Assembly (NCBI GenBank): GCA_035627655.1
Contig: DASPLI010000001.1
Location: forward strand, 24,265 to 88,264
Direction of reading: 5' to 3'
Length of the DNA stretch: 64,000 nt
DNA from: Minisyncoccota bacterium
GTDB taxonomy: Bacteria; Patescibacteriota; Minisyncoccia; Phycocordibacterales; Phycocordibacteraceae
Shown here one piece after another: positions 18,400 through 26,938 of the stretch. Under the pieces are notes generated by a model. The model was not told where the DNA came from. It ran no database searches and saw only the letters and a program-made list of their open reading frames with translations. Position 1 is the first letter of the stretch. Each line of letters begins with the position of its first letter. The position numbers were made by a program, and so were the translations under genes.

Positions 18400-19041
18400 T
18401 TACTCAGCCGCTGACTCCTCTTCCTCCTTCTTACCCTTCTCCTCTACCTCAATTGCACTCATGTCGACAGCAGCTGGAGCCTCCTCGGTCTCAGCAGCTA
18501 CTTCCTGTACAAGTACGACTACCTGGTCGCCAGCAATCTTAGACTCGACACCCTTTGGAAGCTTGAGGTCGGAAACGTGGAGCTGATCTCCAATATTCGC
18601 CAGTACGCTGATATCGACTTCGATATCGTGCGGAAGATCTGCGGGTGCAGCTTCAATTTCAAGCTCGTGCATAACCTTCACGAGAGATGCACCGGTCTTC
18701 ACTGCAGCAGACTCGCCAACATACGTAAGCGGAACGGCAACCTCAACCTTCGCCCCCTTTTCAATGGCGTAAAGGTCAGCATGGCGCGGCACGTTTGTGA
18801 CCGGGTCATGATCCACTTCGTGGATAAGGACCTGCATCGGAGAGCCGAGGCCGGAAAGCTCGATCACCGAAGATTCGCCTGCTTCGCGGAGCACCTTTTC
18901 AAAGTCGCGTGCAGGAATGGAAATCGCGATGGATTCCTGTTTCGGGCCGTAGACGATTGCCGGCATAGAACCAGCAGACAACAGGCGCTTGGCGCGCTTG
19001 CCGGTCTCCTCCCGCTTGGTTGCGGTAAGCGTAATAGTCAT
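18400..19041 (-). CDS. rplY: 50S ribosomal protein L25/CTC
   Basis: MPAIVYG, HADLY, P(A)DLPHDIEVDIS, LHVSDL, acidic tail. Confidence 0.93.
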   Translation of the reverse strand: MTITLTATKREETGKRAKRLLSAGSMPAIVYGPKQESIAISIPARDFEKVLREAGESSVIELSGLGSPMQVLIHEVDHDPVTNVPRHADLYAIEKGAKVEVAVPLTYVGESAAVKTGASLVKVMHELEIEAAPADLPHDIEVDISVLANIGDQLHVSDLKLPKGVESKIAGDQVVVLVQEVAAETEEAPAAVDMSAIEVEEKGKKEEEESAAE

Positions 19042-19081
19042 GATTGGCGCAGTATGCCTGAAAGTAGGCCCTAAAGCAAGG

Positions 19082-20080
19082 CTAGCCACTCAAGGCCTCC
19101 GAAGCCTCCTTAAGGCGCTTAAGGAAGGCCTCGCGGGCTTTCGGCACGTTTTCCTCTTTGCCGCCCCATATATCAAGCGCCTCTACCTGGAAAGTTCGCG
19201 AGAAGGAGTAGGTCAGCGGCCAGGGGGCGCCCTGTGCCCGAGCAGCCCGGGAAATGGCGCGTAAATTTTCGATTGATTGCTCCGGCTCTTGCCCGCCCGA
19301 AAGAAAGACGATGCCGGCCACTTGCGACGGTATTGCTTCAAGGAGCGCACCAACCGTATCTTCCGCAACATCTTTTGGCTTATCGATTTTTTTGGAGCCC
19401 TTGCCGGTCATGGCCATAGAGGTCTTGATAATGAGTCCGGCCGGATCAACCGAATGCTCTTCAATGGCTTTCATAAGCGCCGAGAACATCTCGACCATGA
19501 CTTCGCGGCAGCGGAGGCGCGAATGCGTCCCGTCGTAGAGCACTTCTGGTTCAAGAATAGGAACCATGCCCGCTTCCTGCACACAACGGGAGGACATAGC
19601 AAGTCGTTTGGCGTTTTCGACAATCGCGTTTGCGGTTGGAAGCCGATCGCCGTCGATCGTGATCACGGCGCGCCATTTGGTAAAACCAGTCCCCTGGTTA
19701 TCGCGATAACTATGAAGACGTTTCGAGAGCCCCAGCAGACCGCCGGTGATTTTTTCTTTCGGGCTTTCGGGAATAGGTTCGGTACCAAGATCTACCTTAA
19801 TGCCAGGCACAATGCCTTTCTTGCTGAGGTACTTCGGGAACGATACGCCTTTGGCGGTTTCTTGCAGCAGGGTTTCCTCATGCAAAATGACACCCGTAAG
19901 ATAGTCCTCAATACCGGGCGTCTCCAAAAACAGACGCCGCATCGCAAGACGCATCTTCGGTCCTGGCTTCTCGCCGTGTTCCTTGAGGCGCTTATCGGCA
20001 CTTTCCGGACTCTCGTCCGCAGCGAAAATGCCTTTGCCCGGCGCAAACAACGCTTTGGCTGACGAGGAAAGATCGATCAT
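19082..20080 (-). CDS. Class I fructose-bisphosphate aldolase (glycolytic/eukaryote-type family)
   Basis: KGIFAADES, GIKVD, KWR, VPILEPEV, IKTSM (Schiff-base Lys), FLSGGQ. Confidence 0.9.
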   Translation of the reverse strand: MIDLSSSAKALFAPGKGIFAADESPESADKRLKEHGEKPGPKMRLAMRRLFLETPGIEDYLTGVILHEETLLQETAKGVSFPKYLSKKGIVPGIKVDLGTEPIPESPKEKITGGLLGLSKRLHSYRDNQGTGFTKWRAVITIDGDRLPTANAIVENAKRLAMSSRCVQEAGMVPILEPEVLYDGTHSRLRCREVMVEMFSALMKAIEEHSVDPAGLIIKTSMAMTGKGSKKIDKPKDVAEDTVGALLEAIPSQVAGIVFLSGGQEPEQSIENLRAISRAARAQGAPWPLTYSFSRTFQVEALDIWGGKEENVPKAREAFLKRLKEASEALSG

Positions 20081-20089
20081 ACCTGGATG

Positions 20090-20103
20090 GTAGCACGTGC
20101 TAC
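20090..20103. promoter_or_regulatory. 14-bp palindrome forming back-to-back extended -10 promoters
   Basis: GTAGCACGTGCTAC gives TGCTACACT-7 nt-ATG(20114) on + and TGCTACCAT-6 nt-ATG(20080) on -. Confidence 0.7.
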
Positions 20104-20113
20104 ACTCCCTCCT

Positions 20114-21109
20114 ATGAATCCTGTTGAATTTCTCGCGATCGGCGATACGGTGGTCGACGATTTTATCCGCCTTACCGATGCCAAGACCCATTGCCGCATC
20201 GACGACGACAGCTGCGAGCTGTGCGTACGCTTCGGAGACAAGGTGCCGTTCGAGTCTTCAACGGTAGTCTATGGCGTTGGAAATGCTGCAAACGCTGCGG
20301 TTTCTGCCGCGCGTTTGGGACTCAAAAGTGCGCTTCTGTCGCACGTCGGTGCTGATGATCGCGGCGCGAAAATTGTCGAGTACTTCAAGAGCGAGGGGCT
20401 GGTAACTGACTACGTAGAACAGGATCCGAACGTTCCCACCAACTACCACTACGTACTGTGGTATGAGTCGGAACGCACGATTCTCGTGAAGCAGAACGAA
20501 TACACCTATACGTTCCCCAAAGATCTCCCGCCTCCCAAGGGCCTCTACTTCTCCTCCATCAACCCGAAAGCAATCGAATACCGACAGGATCTGATCGCCT
20601 ACCTATCTGCACATCCGGATATCATCTTCACCTTCCAGCCAGGCGTCTTTGAAATAAAGAGTGGCGTAGAGGCATTCAAAGGCTTCTACGAGCACGCACA
20701 TCTCATGGTCTGCAATAAGGAAGAAGCAGAACGCATTCTCAACGTTGAACCAACTGATGATATTAAGTCGCTCCTTGCCGGACTACTCGCGCTCGGCCCG
20801 AAGCACATCATCATCACCGACGGCAGAAACGGCGCATACGCCTATGACGGCTCGCGTGCCTTCTTCGTTCCTATGTACCCTGACCCGCGTGAACCGTTTG
20901 AGCGCACTGGCGCTGGAGACGCATTCGCCTCATCCGTTGCTGCCGCACTCACGCTTGGCCACCCTATTGAAGAAGCGCTCTTGTGGGGACCGATCAATTC
21001 TATGGCAGTCGTCCAAGAAATTGGCGCGCAGAAGGGACTCCTTCGTAAAGAGGCGCTCGAGACCTATCTTGCACAGGCGCCCGAAAGCTATCGCGTATCT
21101 GAAATTTAG
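20114..21109 (+). CDS. PfkB/ribokinase-family carbohydrate kinase
   Basis: GNAANAAVSAARLG, VGADDRG, NKEEA, ITDGRNG, RTGAGDAF. Confidence 0.9.
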   Translation: MNPVEFLAIGDTVVDDFIRLTDAKTHCRIDDDSCELCVRFGDKVPFESSTVVYGVGNAANAAVSAARLGLKSALLSHVGADDRGAKIVEYFKSEGLVTDYVEQDPNVPTNYHYVLWYESERTILVKQNEYTYTFPKDLPPPKGLYFSSINPKAIEYRQDLIAYLSAHPDIIFTFQPGVFEIKSGVEAFKGFYEHAHLMVCNKEEAERILNVEPTDDIKSLLAGLLALGPKHIIITDGRNGAYAYDGSRAFFVPMYPDPREPFERTGAGDAFASSVAAALTLGHPIEEALLWGPINSMAVVQEIGAQKGLLRKEALETYLAQAPESYRVSEI

Positions 21110-21321
21110 TTTGCCTTGAGGCGCTGCTGTTCGAGCTGTTCAAGGCGCTGTAGACCATAGTCCACGTCGTCTGAGCGATGTGCGTCTTCAAGTTGCGTAC
21201 GAACATACATATGTGCACGAACAATCAGGAGCGCTGCGAGCACGCCAACAAGCGCGATAAGCAGCAAGGCAAAAAACTGCTCAACCTTCGGCGGAATACG
21301 ATAATGGCGTTCAGCATTCAT
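21106..21321 (-). CDS. Small membrane protein
   Basis: One TM helix; 5 nt after the transketolase C gene. Confidence 0.55.
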   Translation of the reverse strand: MNAERHYRIPPKVEQFFALLLIALVGVLAALLIVRAHMYVRTQLEDAHRSDDVDYGLQRLEQLEQQRLKAN

Positions 21322-21326
21322 GATAT

Positions 21327-22313
21327 TTAGGAGCGTGCAAAGGCGATTGCTACCTTTGTAATACCGCCAACATCAAGACCGTAGTGAGCAAGCAGCTCCT
21401 GCGGCTCGCCCGACTGGCCAAAGGAATCCTGCAGTCCGAGCCGTCGTACCGGCACTGGAAGCCGTTCACTCAGAAGTTCTGCAACCGCACCACCAAAGCC
21501 GCCGGCAACCTGATGCTCCTCAACGGTCAGCACGCGACCGGCGCGCTTTGCTGCCGCAATAATCGTCTCCGCATCAAGCGGTTTTATGGTCGGGACGTGT
21601 ATGACAATAGAACCGATTCCGTCTGCTTCAAGCGCTCGAGCGGCAAGCAGTGCGGTATAAGAAAGCGGACCGGTCCCCAAGAGCGCGACCTTCGGCTGTG
21701 CGCTCTCCCAGAGCGTGAGCGCTTTCCCAAGCACGAAGGGCGTCTGTGGTGTCGTAAACACGGGAACACCCGCTCGTCCAAAGCGAAGATATACCGGCCC
21801 AGGATGCTCGGCTGCCGCAACAACGGCTTTTCGAGCTTCTTCAGCATCTGCAGGGTTTATAACTGTCATGTGCGGCAGCATGCGCATCATGCCCACATCT
21901 TCAAGCATCTGATGGGTAGCGCCGTCAGGACCGACCGACACGCCCGCATGCATGCCGCAAACTTTGACCGGCAATTCATTGAGTGCTGCGGTCGTTCGAA
22001 TCTGTTCATAGTTTCTACCGGGAGAAAACGCTGCGTATGAGGCAATAAATGGAATCTTTCCGACAGCGGCAAGTCCTGCCGCAACCGTTGCCATATGCTG
22101 CTCGGCAACACCAACCTCTATATATCGATCGGGAAATTCTTTCTCGAACCACTCAGCACGTGTCGACTCCTTAAGATCGGCGCACACTACTACGACGTTT
22201 TCGTTTGCCTTTGCCGCTTCAACGGTGCCGGTACCAAAGCCGTCACGTGTCGGCTTCTCTGGAAGCTTGCTATCAAAGAGATTCTCTGCGAGTTGTGCGT
22301 CTTTTCTAAGCAT
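21327..22313 (-). CDS. Transketolase, C-terminal (pyrimidine-binding) subunit
   Basis: ADLKEST, EVGVAEQHM, GPDGATHQ, GPVYLR, TVEEHQ; overlaps the N-subunit stop. Confidence 0.9.
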   Translation of the reverse strand: MLRKDAQLAENLFDSKLPEKPTRDGFGTGTVEAAKANENVVVVCADLKESTRAEWFEKEFPDRYIEVGVAEQHMATVAAGLAAVGKIPFIASYAAFSPGRNYEQIRTTAALNELPVKVCGMHAGVSVGPDGATHQMLEDVGMMRMLPHMTVINPADAEEARKAVVAAAEHPGPVYLRFGRAGVPVFTTPQTPFVLGKALTLWESAQPKVALLGTGPLSYTALLAARALEADGIGSIVIHVPTIKPLDAETIIAAAKRAGRVLTVEEHQVAGGFGGAVAELLSERLPVPVRRLGLQDSFGQSGEPQELLAHYGLDVGGITKVAIAFARS

Positions 22314-23163
22314 ACTCATTGGTAATTTTGCCACCCATCGAGCGAATGGCTTTGAGGAACTGTTCACCTTCTTCTTTCTTGGGCGGCTTGCCGTGCCAAC
22401 GATAGTCGAACTCCATCTCAGGAACTCCCTTGCCTGGAATCGTGTGTGCGAGAATGAGCGTCGACTTCTCATGGATGGCGCGCGCCTCGTTTACCGCCTC
22501 AATGAATGCGCGAATATTGTGACCATCAACCTCGATGACATGCCAGTTGAACGCACGATACTTGTCAGCAAGCGGCTCAAGCGGCATCACATCTTCGGTC
22601 ATACCGTCAATCTGGATGTTGTTGCGGTCAATCACGGCCGTCAGATTCGACAGACGATACTTTCCGGCAAATAGAACTCCTTCCCACGTATTCCCTTCCT
22701 GCTGTTCTCCGTCTGACATGAGACAGAACACGTGATTTGGTTTTCCGTCCATGCGAAGCCCATAGGCCATTCCGCTTGCTTGCGAAAGTCCCGAACCAAG
22801 CGGTCCGGATGTCGTTTCTACCCCTGGAAGCTTGGTACGTTCCGGATGCCCCTGCAGTCGAGTGCCGAATTTGCGGAGCGTCAGACACTCTTCAACGGGA
22901 AAATAACCCGCATGCGCCATTGCGGCATAGCGAACCGGCGTAATGTGTCCGTTTGAAAGTACGAGACGGTCGCGCTCTTGCCACTCCGGGTTCTTGGGGT
23001 CGTGCTTGAGAATATGAAAATAGAGCGCGGCAAAAATATCAGCCATGCCAAGCGGGCCGGCGGTATGCCCGCTTCCAGCAGCAACGAGCATTTCAATCAC
23101 CGTTGCACGAATGTCGCGCGCACGCGATTCAATCGCGAGTATTTCTGTATCGGTAAGAGCCAC
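22306..23163 (-). CDS. Transketolase, N-terminal (ThDP-binding) subunit
   Basis: GSGH, RDRLVLSNGH, LQGHP, SGPLGSG, SDGEQQEG...N, GKG. Confidence 0.92.
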   Translation of the reverse strand: MALTDTEILAIESRARDIRATVIEMLVAAGSGHTAGPLGMADIFAALYFHILKHDPKNPEWQERDRLVLSNGHITPVRYAAMAHAGYFPVEECLTLRKFGTRLQGHPERTKLPGVETTSGPLGSGLSQASGMAYGLRMDGKPNHVFCLMSDGEQQEGNTWEGVLFAGKYRLSNLTAVIDRNNIQIDGMTEDVMPLEPLADKYRAFNWHVIEVDGHNIRAFIEAVNEARAIHEKSTLILAHTIPGKGVPEMEFDYRWHGKPPKKEEGEQFLKAIRSMGGKITNEYA

Positions 23164-23177
23164 GAATTAAGTATACC

Positions 23178-23900
23178 TTAGGCGTACGTGCCGTACTGCT
23201 CGGCAAGCTGTTCAAATTGCGCAAGTTCTGCGACCACGTCATCCGACTTCCATAATGCACTCCCCACGACGAGTCGATTGACGCCGGCAGCGAGGAGTGC
23301 AGGCGCAGTCGTGAGCGAAACACCGCCGTCTACCTGCACTGGCACGTCTGGATGCGCTTTCTTGAAGGCTCGTATTTTTGCGAGGACACGCTCTTCAAAG
23401 TGCTGCCCTTGCGATCCAATCGTCTTGATGCCCATGAATTGCACGTAGTCGATGCGAGACAAAAACGGCTCAACTGCTGCAGTATCCGTATCCAGACTTA
23501 GAGAAAGACCGATCGAAAGGAGGTCCGGAGCGAAGTTCTTGCCGTGACCGTAGCACTTTTCAAAATCGTCAATAAGGCGAGCAAGAAACTGCGTACTCTC
23601 GACATGAATCACAACGCGAGTCGCTCCAGCGGTGACCCAGGCACCTGCGGACTCTTCAGGATCTTTGATCATCAGATCTACTTCGTACCGAAAACTTCCA
23701 AGCGCATGCAGCCCTCCCTCCTCCACACTCAACTGTGCGAGCTCCCCCGATCCTTCGGTATATGGCCAAGTGGCAGGTGCAGCAAAGTGTCCATCGACAA
23801 CATCAATCTGTACCGTGTCGGCGATATCACGCAGACGATTGAGTTTTTCGACTACGTCGGCTCTTGAGGGAGTAAGGATCGACGGGATGATGATACTCAT
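23178..23900 (-). CDS. rpe: Ribulose-phosphate 3-epimerase
   Basis: PSIL, IDVVDGHF, DLMI, IHVE, GSQGQ, QVDGGV, VVGSA. Confidence 0.85.
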   Translation of the reverse strand: MSIIIPSILTPSRADVVEKLNRLRDIADTVQIDVVDGHFAAPATWPYTEGSGELAQLSVEEGGLHALGSFRYEVDLMIKDPEESAGAWVTAGATRVVIHVESTQFLARLIDDFEKCYGHGKNFAPDLLSIGLSLSLDTDTAAVEPFLSRIDYVQFMGIKTIGSQGQHFEERVLAKIRAFKKAHPDVPVQVDGGVSLTTAPALLAAGVNRLVVGSALWKSDDVVAELAQFEQLAEQYGTYA

Positions 23901-24337
23901 GGGCAAGCGACGCCGGTCCAACCAGTCGTCGATGTCTGTTTAACAATGCCACTACTGTCGATGCACCAGTGATCCGTGCTGGAACGGAGGCGAACCGATA
24001 TTGCGTAATTCTCGCCGTTCGTTGCGCATCGTGTTGCGCCACCACCTGCACGCTGTGCAGCCTGAATTGCATTGCGAAGCGTCTCGTTTGCATAAAACAT
24101 GCTCGTACCAGACGTCGGACAGGTTCCGGCAGTTACCGTTGACCCGTACGATCCGTTGATGCTCTGATGGAGTGCTGCCTGTACAGCTGCAGTGCGAAGA
24201 TTTGATTTCACTGCTGCATCATTTGCCTTGTCGCGCGCGCTTGCCATAGACGCAAGGATGATCGAGGAAAGCATCCCGATAATAGAAACTACCAGAAGTA
24301 GTTCGATGAGCGTAAATCCGCGAGAGCGTACAAACAT
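23897..24337 (-). CDS. Type IV pilin (N-methylation motif)
   Basis: RG|FTLIELLLVVSIIGMLSSIILAS; four Cys in the C-terminal half. Confidence 0.9.
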   Translation of the reverse strand: MFVRSRGFTLIELLLVVSIIGMLSSIILASMASARDKANDAAVKSNLRTAAVQAALHQSINGSYGSTVTAGTCPTSGTSMFYANETLRNAIQAAQRAGGGATRCATNGENYAISVRLRSSTDHWCIDSSGIVKQTSTTGWTGVACP

Positions 24338-24341
24338 ACGC

Positions 24342-24530
24342 TTAGAGGACGAGGAACGGATAGACAACTGCTACCACGAGAGCTACGACGATGAGGATAA
24401 TAAAGAGCTGCTTCGCACCCTCCTCGTCCCTTGCCCATTTAAGGTCGACCGCAAGCTTATAGAGACCTCGCGGCTGACGCATGCGTGGCTGCTGCGTCTG
24501 GGATTCGTCTTGAAATACAACGGGTTCCAT
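24342..24530 (-). CDS. Small membrane protein
   Basis: C-terminal TM; TATACT 7 nt before the ATG. Confidence 0.6.
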   Translation of the reverse strand: MEPVVFQDESQTQQPRMRQPRGLYKLAVDLKWARDEEGAKQLFIILIVVALVVAVVYPFLVL

Positions 24531-24581
24531 AGGTACCAGTATACGGGTCGGATATCCGCCCCATCTTTGCTTAGTGGATAG

Positions 24582-25055
24582 CTATCCGAGCTTTTGAATT
24601 CGGCGCAGATGTCGTTCCTCAGGAGATACAGGGGCCCCGAGAAATCGCTCAACTGCAGTCTTTGCCTCCTCTGCTGTAAGGAATCTCGCGGCAAGAGAGA
24701 GCACGTTCGCATGATTGTGTGCACGCGTTGACTCCAGCATCGAGAGTGATGCGCCCTCCGCGTCAGTCTGCATGGTTGCAGGCTCTCCGTAAAATACCGC
24801 GGCACGCACGCCAGGGATTCGATTTGCTGCCATTGCTTCTCCCTGCCCAGAAGCGCCAATAACGATACCGAAGCTGCCTGGCGTCTGCGCAACTTTCTGC
24901 GCGCATGGCGTTACGAAATCAGGATAGTCGTCGTCCGATTGTTCTTCGTAGGCACCGCAATCCTCCACTGTATGGCCACGCTCCTGCAAAAAGGCCGTGA
25001 GCTCTGCCTTGAGCGCAAAGCCTGCATGATCGGCTGCGAGAAAGATCTTAGGCAT
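24582..25055 (-). CDS. rpiB: Ribose-5-phosphate isomerase B
   Basis: ADHAGF, DDYPD, GASGQGEAMAAN, HNHANVL, RHLRRI. Confidence 0.92.
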   Translation of the reverse strand: MPKIFLAADHAGFALKAELTAFLQERGHTVEDCGAYEEQSDDDYPDFVTPCAQKVAQTPGSFGIVIGASGQGEAMAANRIPGVRAAVFYGEPATMQTDAEGASLSMLESTRAHNHANVLSLAARFLTAEEAKTAVERFLGAPVSPEERHLRRIQKLG

Positions 25056-26058
25056 TGCCAGCTTTGATAACGTGCTGAATCAGCGTACTCGTGTACCCCG
25101 CTTCGTTGTCGTACCACGAGAGTACTTTCACCAAATTTCCGCCGACAACGCGCGTCATCTGCAAATCTGCGATGGATGCATGAAGGTCGCCGATAATGTC
25201 GGAAGACACGAGCGGTTCATCTGTCGCCCGGAAAATGCCCTGCCAGCGGGCTTCTTTTGCCGCATCACGGAGTATCTGATTCACCTCATCTTTATTCGTG
25301 TGCTTCTTAGTCACAAACGTGAGGTCGACATAGGAACCGACGACAGTCGGGACGCGCACGGAAATACCATCAAAAAATGGAACACCTTCAACCGCCTTCG
25401 TGACGGAAATGGCCGCGCCCGTTGAAGACGGAACGAGATTTTGTGCTGCCGCCCGTCCCTCGCGCCAGTCCTTTTTATTCGGTCCGTCAACGATTGACTG
25501 ACTTGCGGTGTAGCTATGGATCGTATCGAGAAGCGCCTTCTCGATACCGAGCTTCTCTTCAAGGATTGCTACGACCGGACTTGCCGCGTTGGTGGTACAG
25601 GAACCGTTTGAAGTTACCGGGCAGGTCCCCATCTTCCCCTCGTTGATGCCCATGAGCACGGTTGCACCAAGCGACTCATCTCCCTTGCCTGGCGCTGAAA
25701 TAACCACACGTCGAGCACCGGCATCAAGGTGGGCCTTTGCTTTTTCAAACTCAGTAAAGAGACCGGTCGATTCGATCACGACATCGATGTTCATCTCCTT
25801 CCACGGGAGCGCTGCTGGATCCTTCTCGGAAATGAAGCGAATCTTCTTTCCATCAAGCACCAACGAGTCCCCGTCTATAGAGACGGAAAATGGCGCCCGG
25901 CGATAGACCGTGTCATAGGTGAGCAGGTACGCAAGATTCTCGAGAGAACCGAGGTCGTTTACCGCAACTACTTCGAGATCCTCGCGACCGAACGACTGCC
26001 GGATGAACTGTCGGCCGATACGCCCAAACCCGTTGATGGCGACGCGTAATTTACTCAT
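25048..26058 (-). CDS. gap: Type I glyceraldehyde-3-phosphate dehydrogenase
   Basis: INGFGRIGR, ESTGLF, SCTTN, SSTGAA, WYDNE. Start ATG 26058 is 6 nt after TACACT. Confidence 0.95.
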   Translation of the reverse strand: MSKLRVAINGFGRIGRQFIRQSFGREDLEVVAVNDLGSLENLAYLLTYDTVYRRAPFSVSIDGDSLVLDGKKIRFISEKDPAALPWKEMNIDVVIESTGLFTEFEKAKAHLDAGARRVVISAPGKGDESLGATVLMGINEGKMGTCPVTSNGSCTTNAASPVVAILEEKLGIEKALLDTIHSYTASQSIVDGPNKKDWREGRAAAQNLVPSSTGAAISVTKAVEGVPFFDGISVRVPTVVGSYVDLTFVTKKHTNKDEVNQILRDAAKEARWQGIFRATDEPLVSSDIIGDLHASIADLQMTRVVGGNLVKVLSWYDNEAGYTSTLIQHVIKAGNA

Positions 26059-26087
26059 AGGAAAAGTGTAGCATTCGCGGCCCGTTT

Positions 26088-26918
26088 CTATCCCCACGCC
26101 GCGAGCCGTTTCAGCTGCGGTAGGCGCATCGTGAGCATGATATGTCCGAGGGACCAGGCATAGTAGTACGCCGGAAGAAAGACGTATTTGAGTGTATCGA
26201 CTGTATAGGTGGTGTAGGCAATAAATAGAGCGATGGTAGCGATCGTCACCGCCACCGTCTCGCCCCAATAGCGAAGAGATGTGCCTTTCATATGTGCATA
26301 GGTCCCACCGTACATGGTCCAATTAAAGACATGTAGCACGATGAGTGCCCCGAAGATATTTCCTGGGGCGCCAAGAATACTTGCAACAACCATTGAGAGC
26401 ACGACGACGATGAGCAGGTAGCGCTCCCCGTCCGTCCAGTGAGGACGCATAAAGAGCGTACGTGCAAGAATGAGCATCACGCCGACACAGAACAAAGTGG
26501 TGAGTAGGACCTCTTCTGAGAGGACCGTACCAGCAACGAGCGACCACAAAACCGCGAGCGCACCTAAAAAGGTGCACCACTGCGCAGCAGCGATAGACTC
26601 ACCACGAAGTTTGAACTCCCCGTAAATAAAGTGAGCGGCAAAGATGAAGGCGGTGAAGAGAAGGAGTGGAATGAGTCCTCCCCACCAAAAGAAGTAGGCG
26701 CTCGCGATAAGCAGGGCCACGAGACCTACCAGCACATACTGCGGCGTTACCTTTCCTGTGCGTCCATGATGTACGAGGGTAAGCACGAGGTGCGCCTGGC
26801 CAATAACCAGATAGGCGTTCAAGGTCCACTGAAACGGCATGAGGCCGAAGGAGAGGATAATGAGTGCCGCGACGATAAGCGCGTTACGTGCAGAGAGCGA
26901 TGGTACAAACGAAGCCAT
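26088..26918 (-). CDS. Polytopic membrane protein with four intramembrane His motifs
   Basis: About 8 hydrophobic helices; GQAHLVLT, AAHFIYGE, VLHVFNW, LGHIMLT. Confidence 0.65.
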   Translation of the reverse strand: MASFVPSLSARNALIVAALIILSFGLMPFQWTLNAYLVIGQAHLVLTLVHHGRTGKVTPQYVLVGLVALLIASAYFFWWGGLIPLLLFTAFIFAAHFIYGEFKLRGESIAAAQWCTFLGALAVLWSLVAGTVLSEEVLLTTLFCVGVMLILARTLFMRPHWTDGERYLLIVVVLSMVVASILGAPGNIFGALIVLHVFNWTMYGGTYAHMKGTSLRYWGETVAVTIATIALFIAYTTYTVDTLKYVFLPAYYYAWSLGHIMLTMRLPQLKRLAAWG

Positions 26919-26938
26919 ACAAGTATTATGAGCCTATC

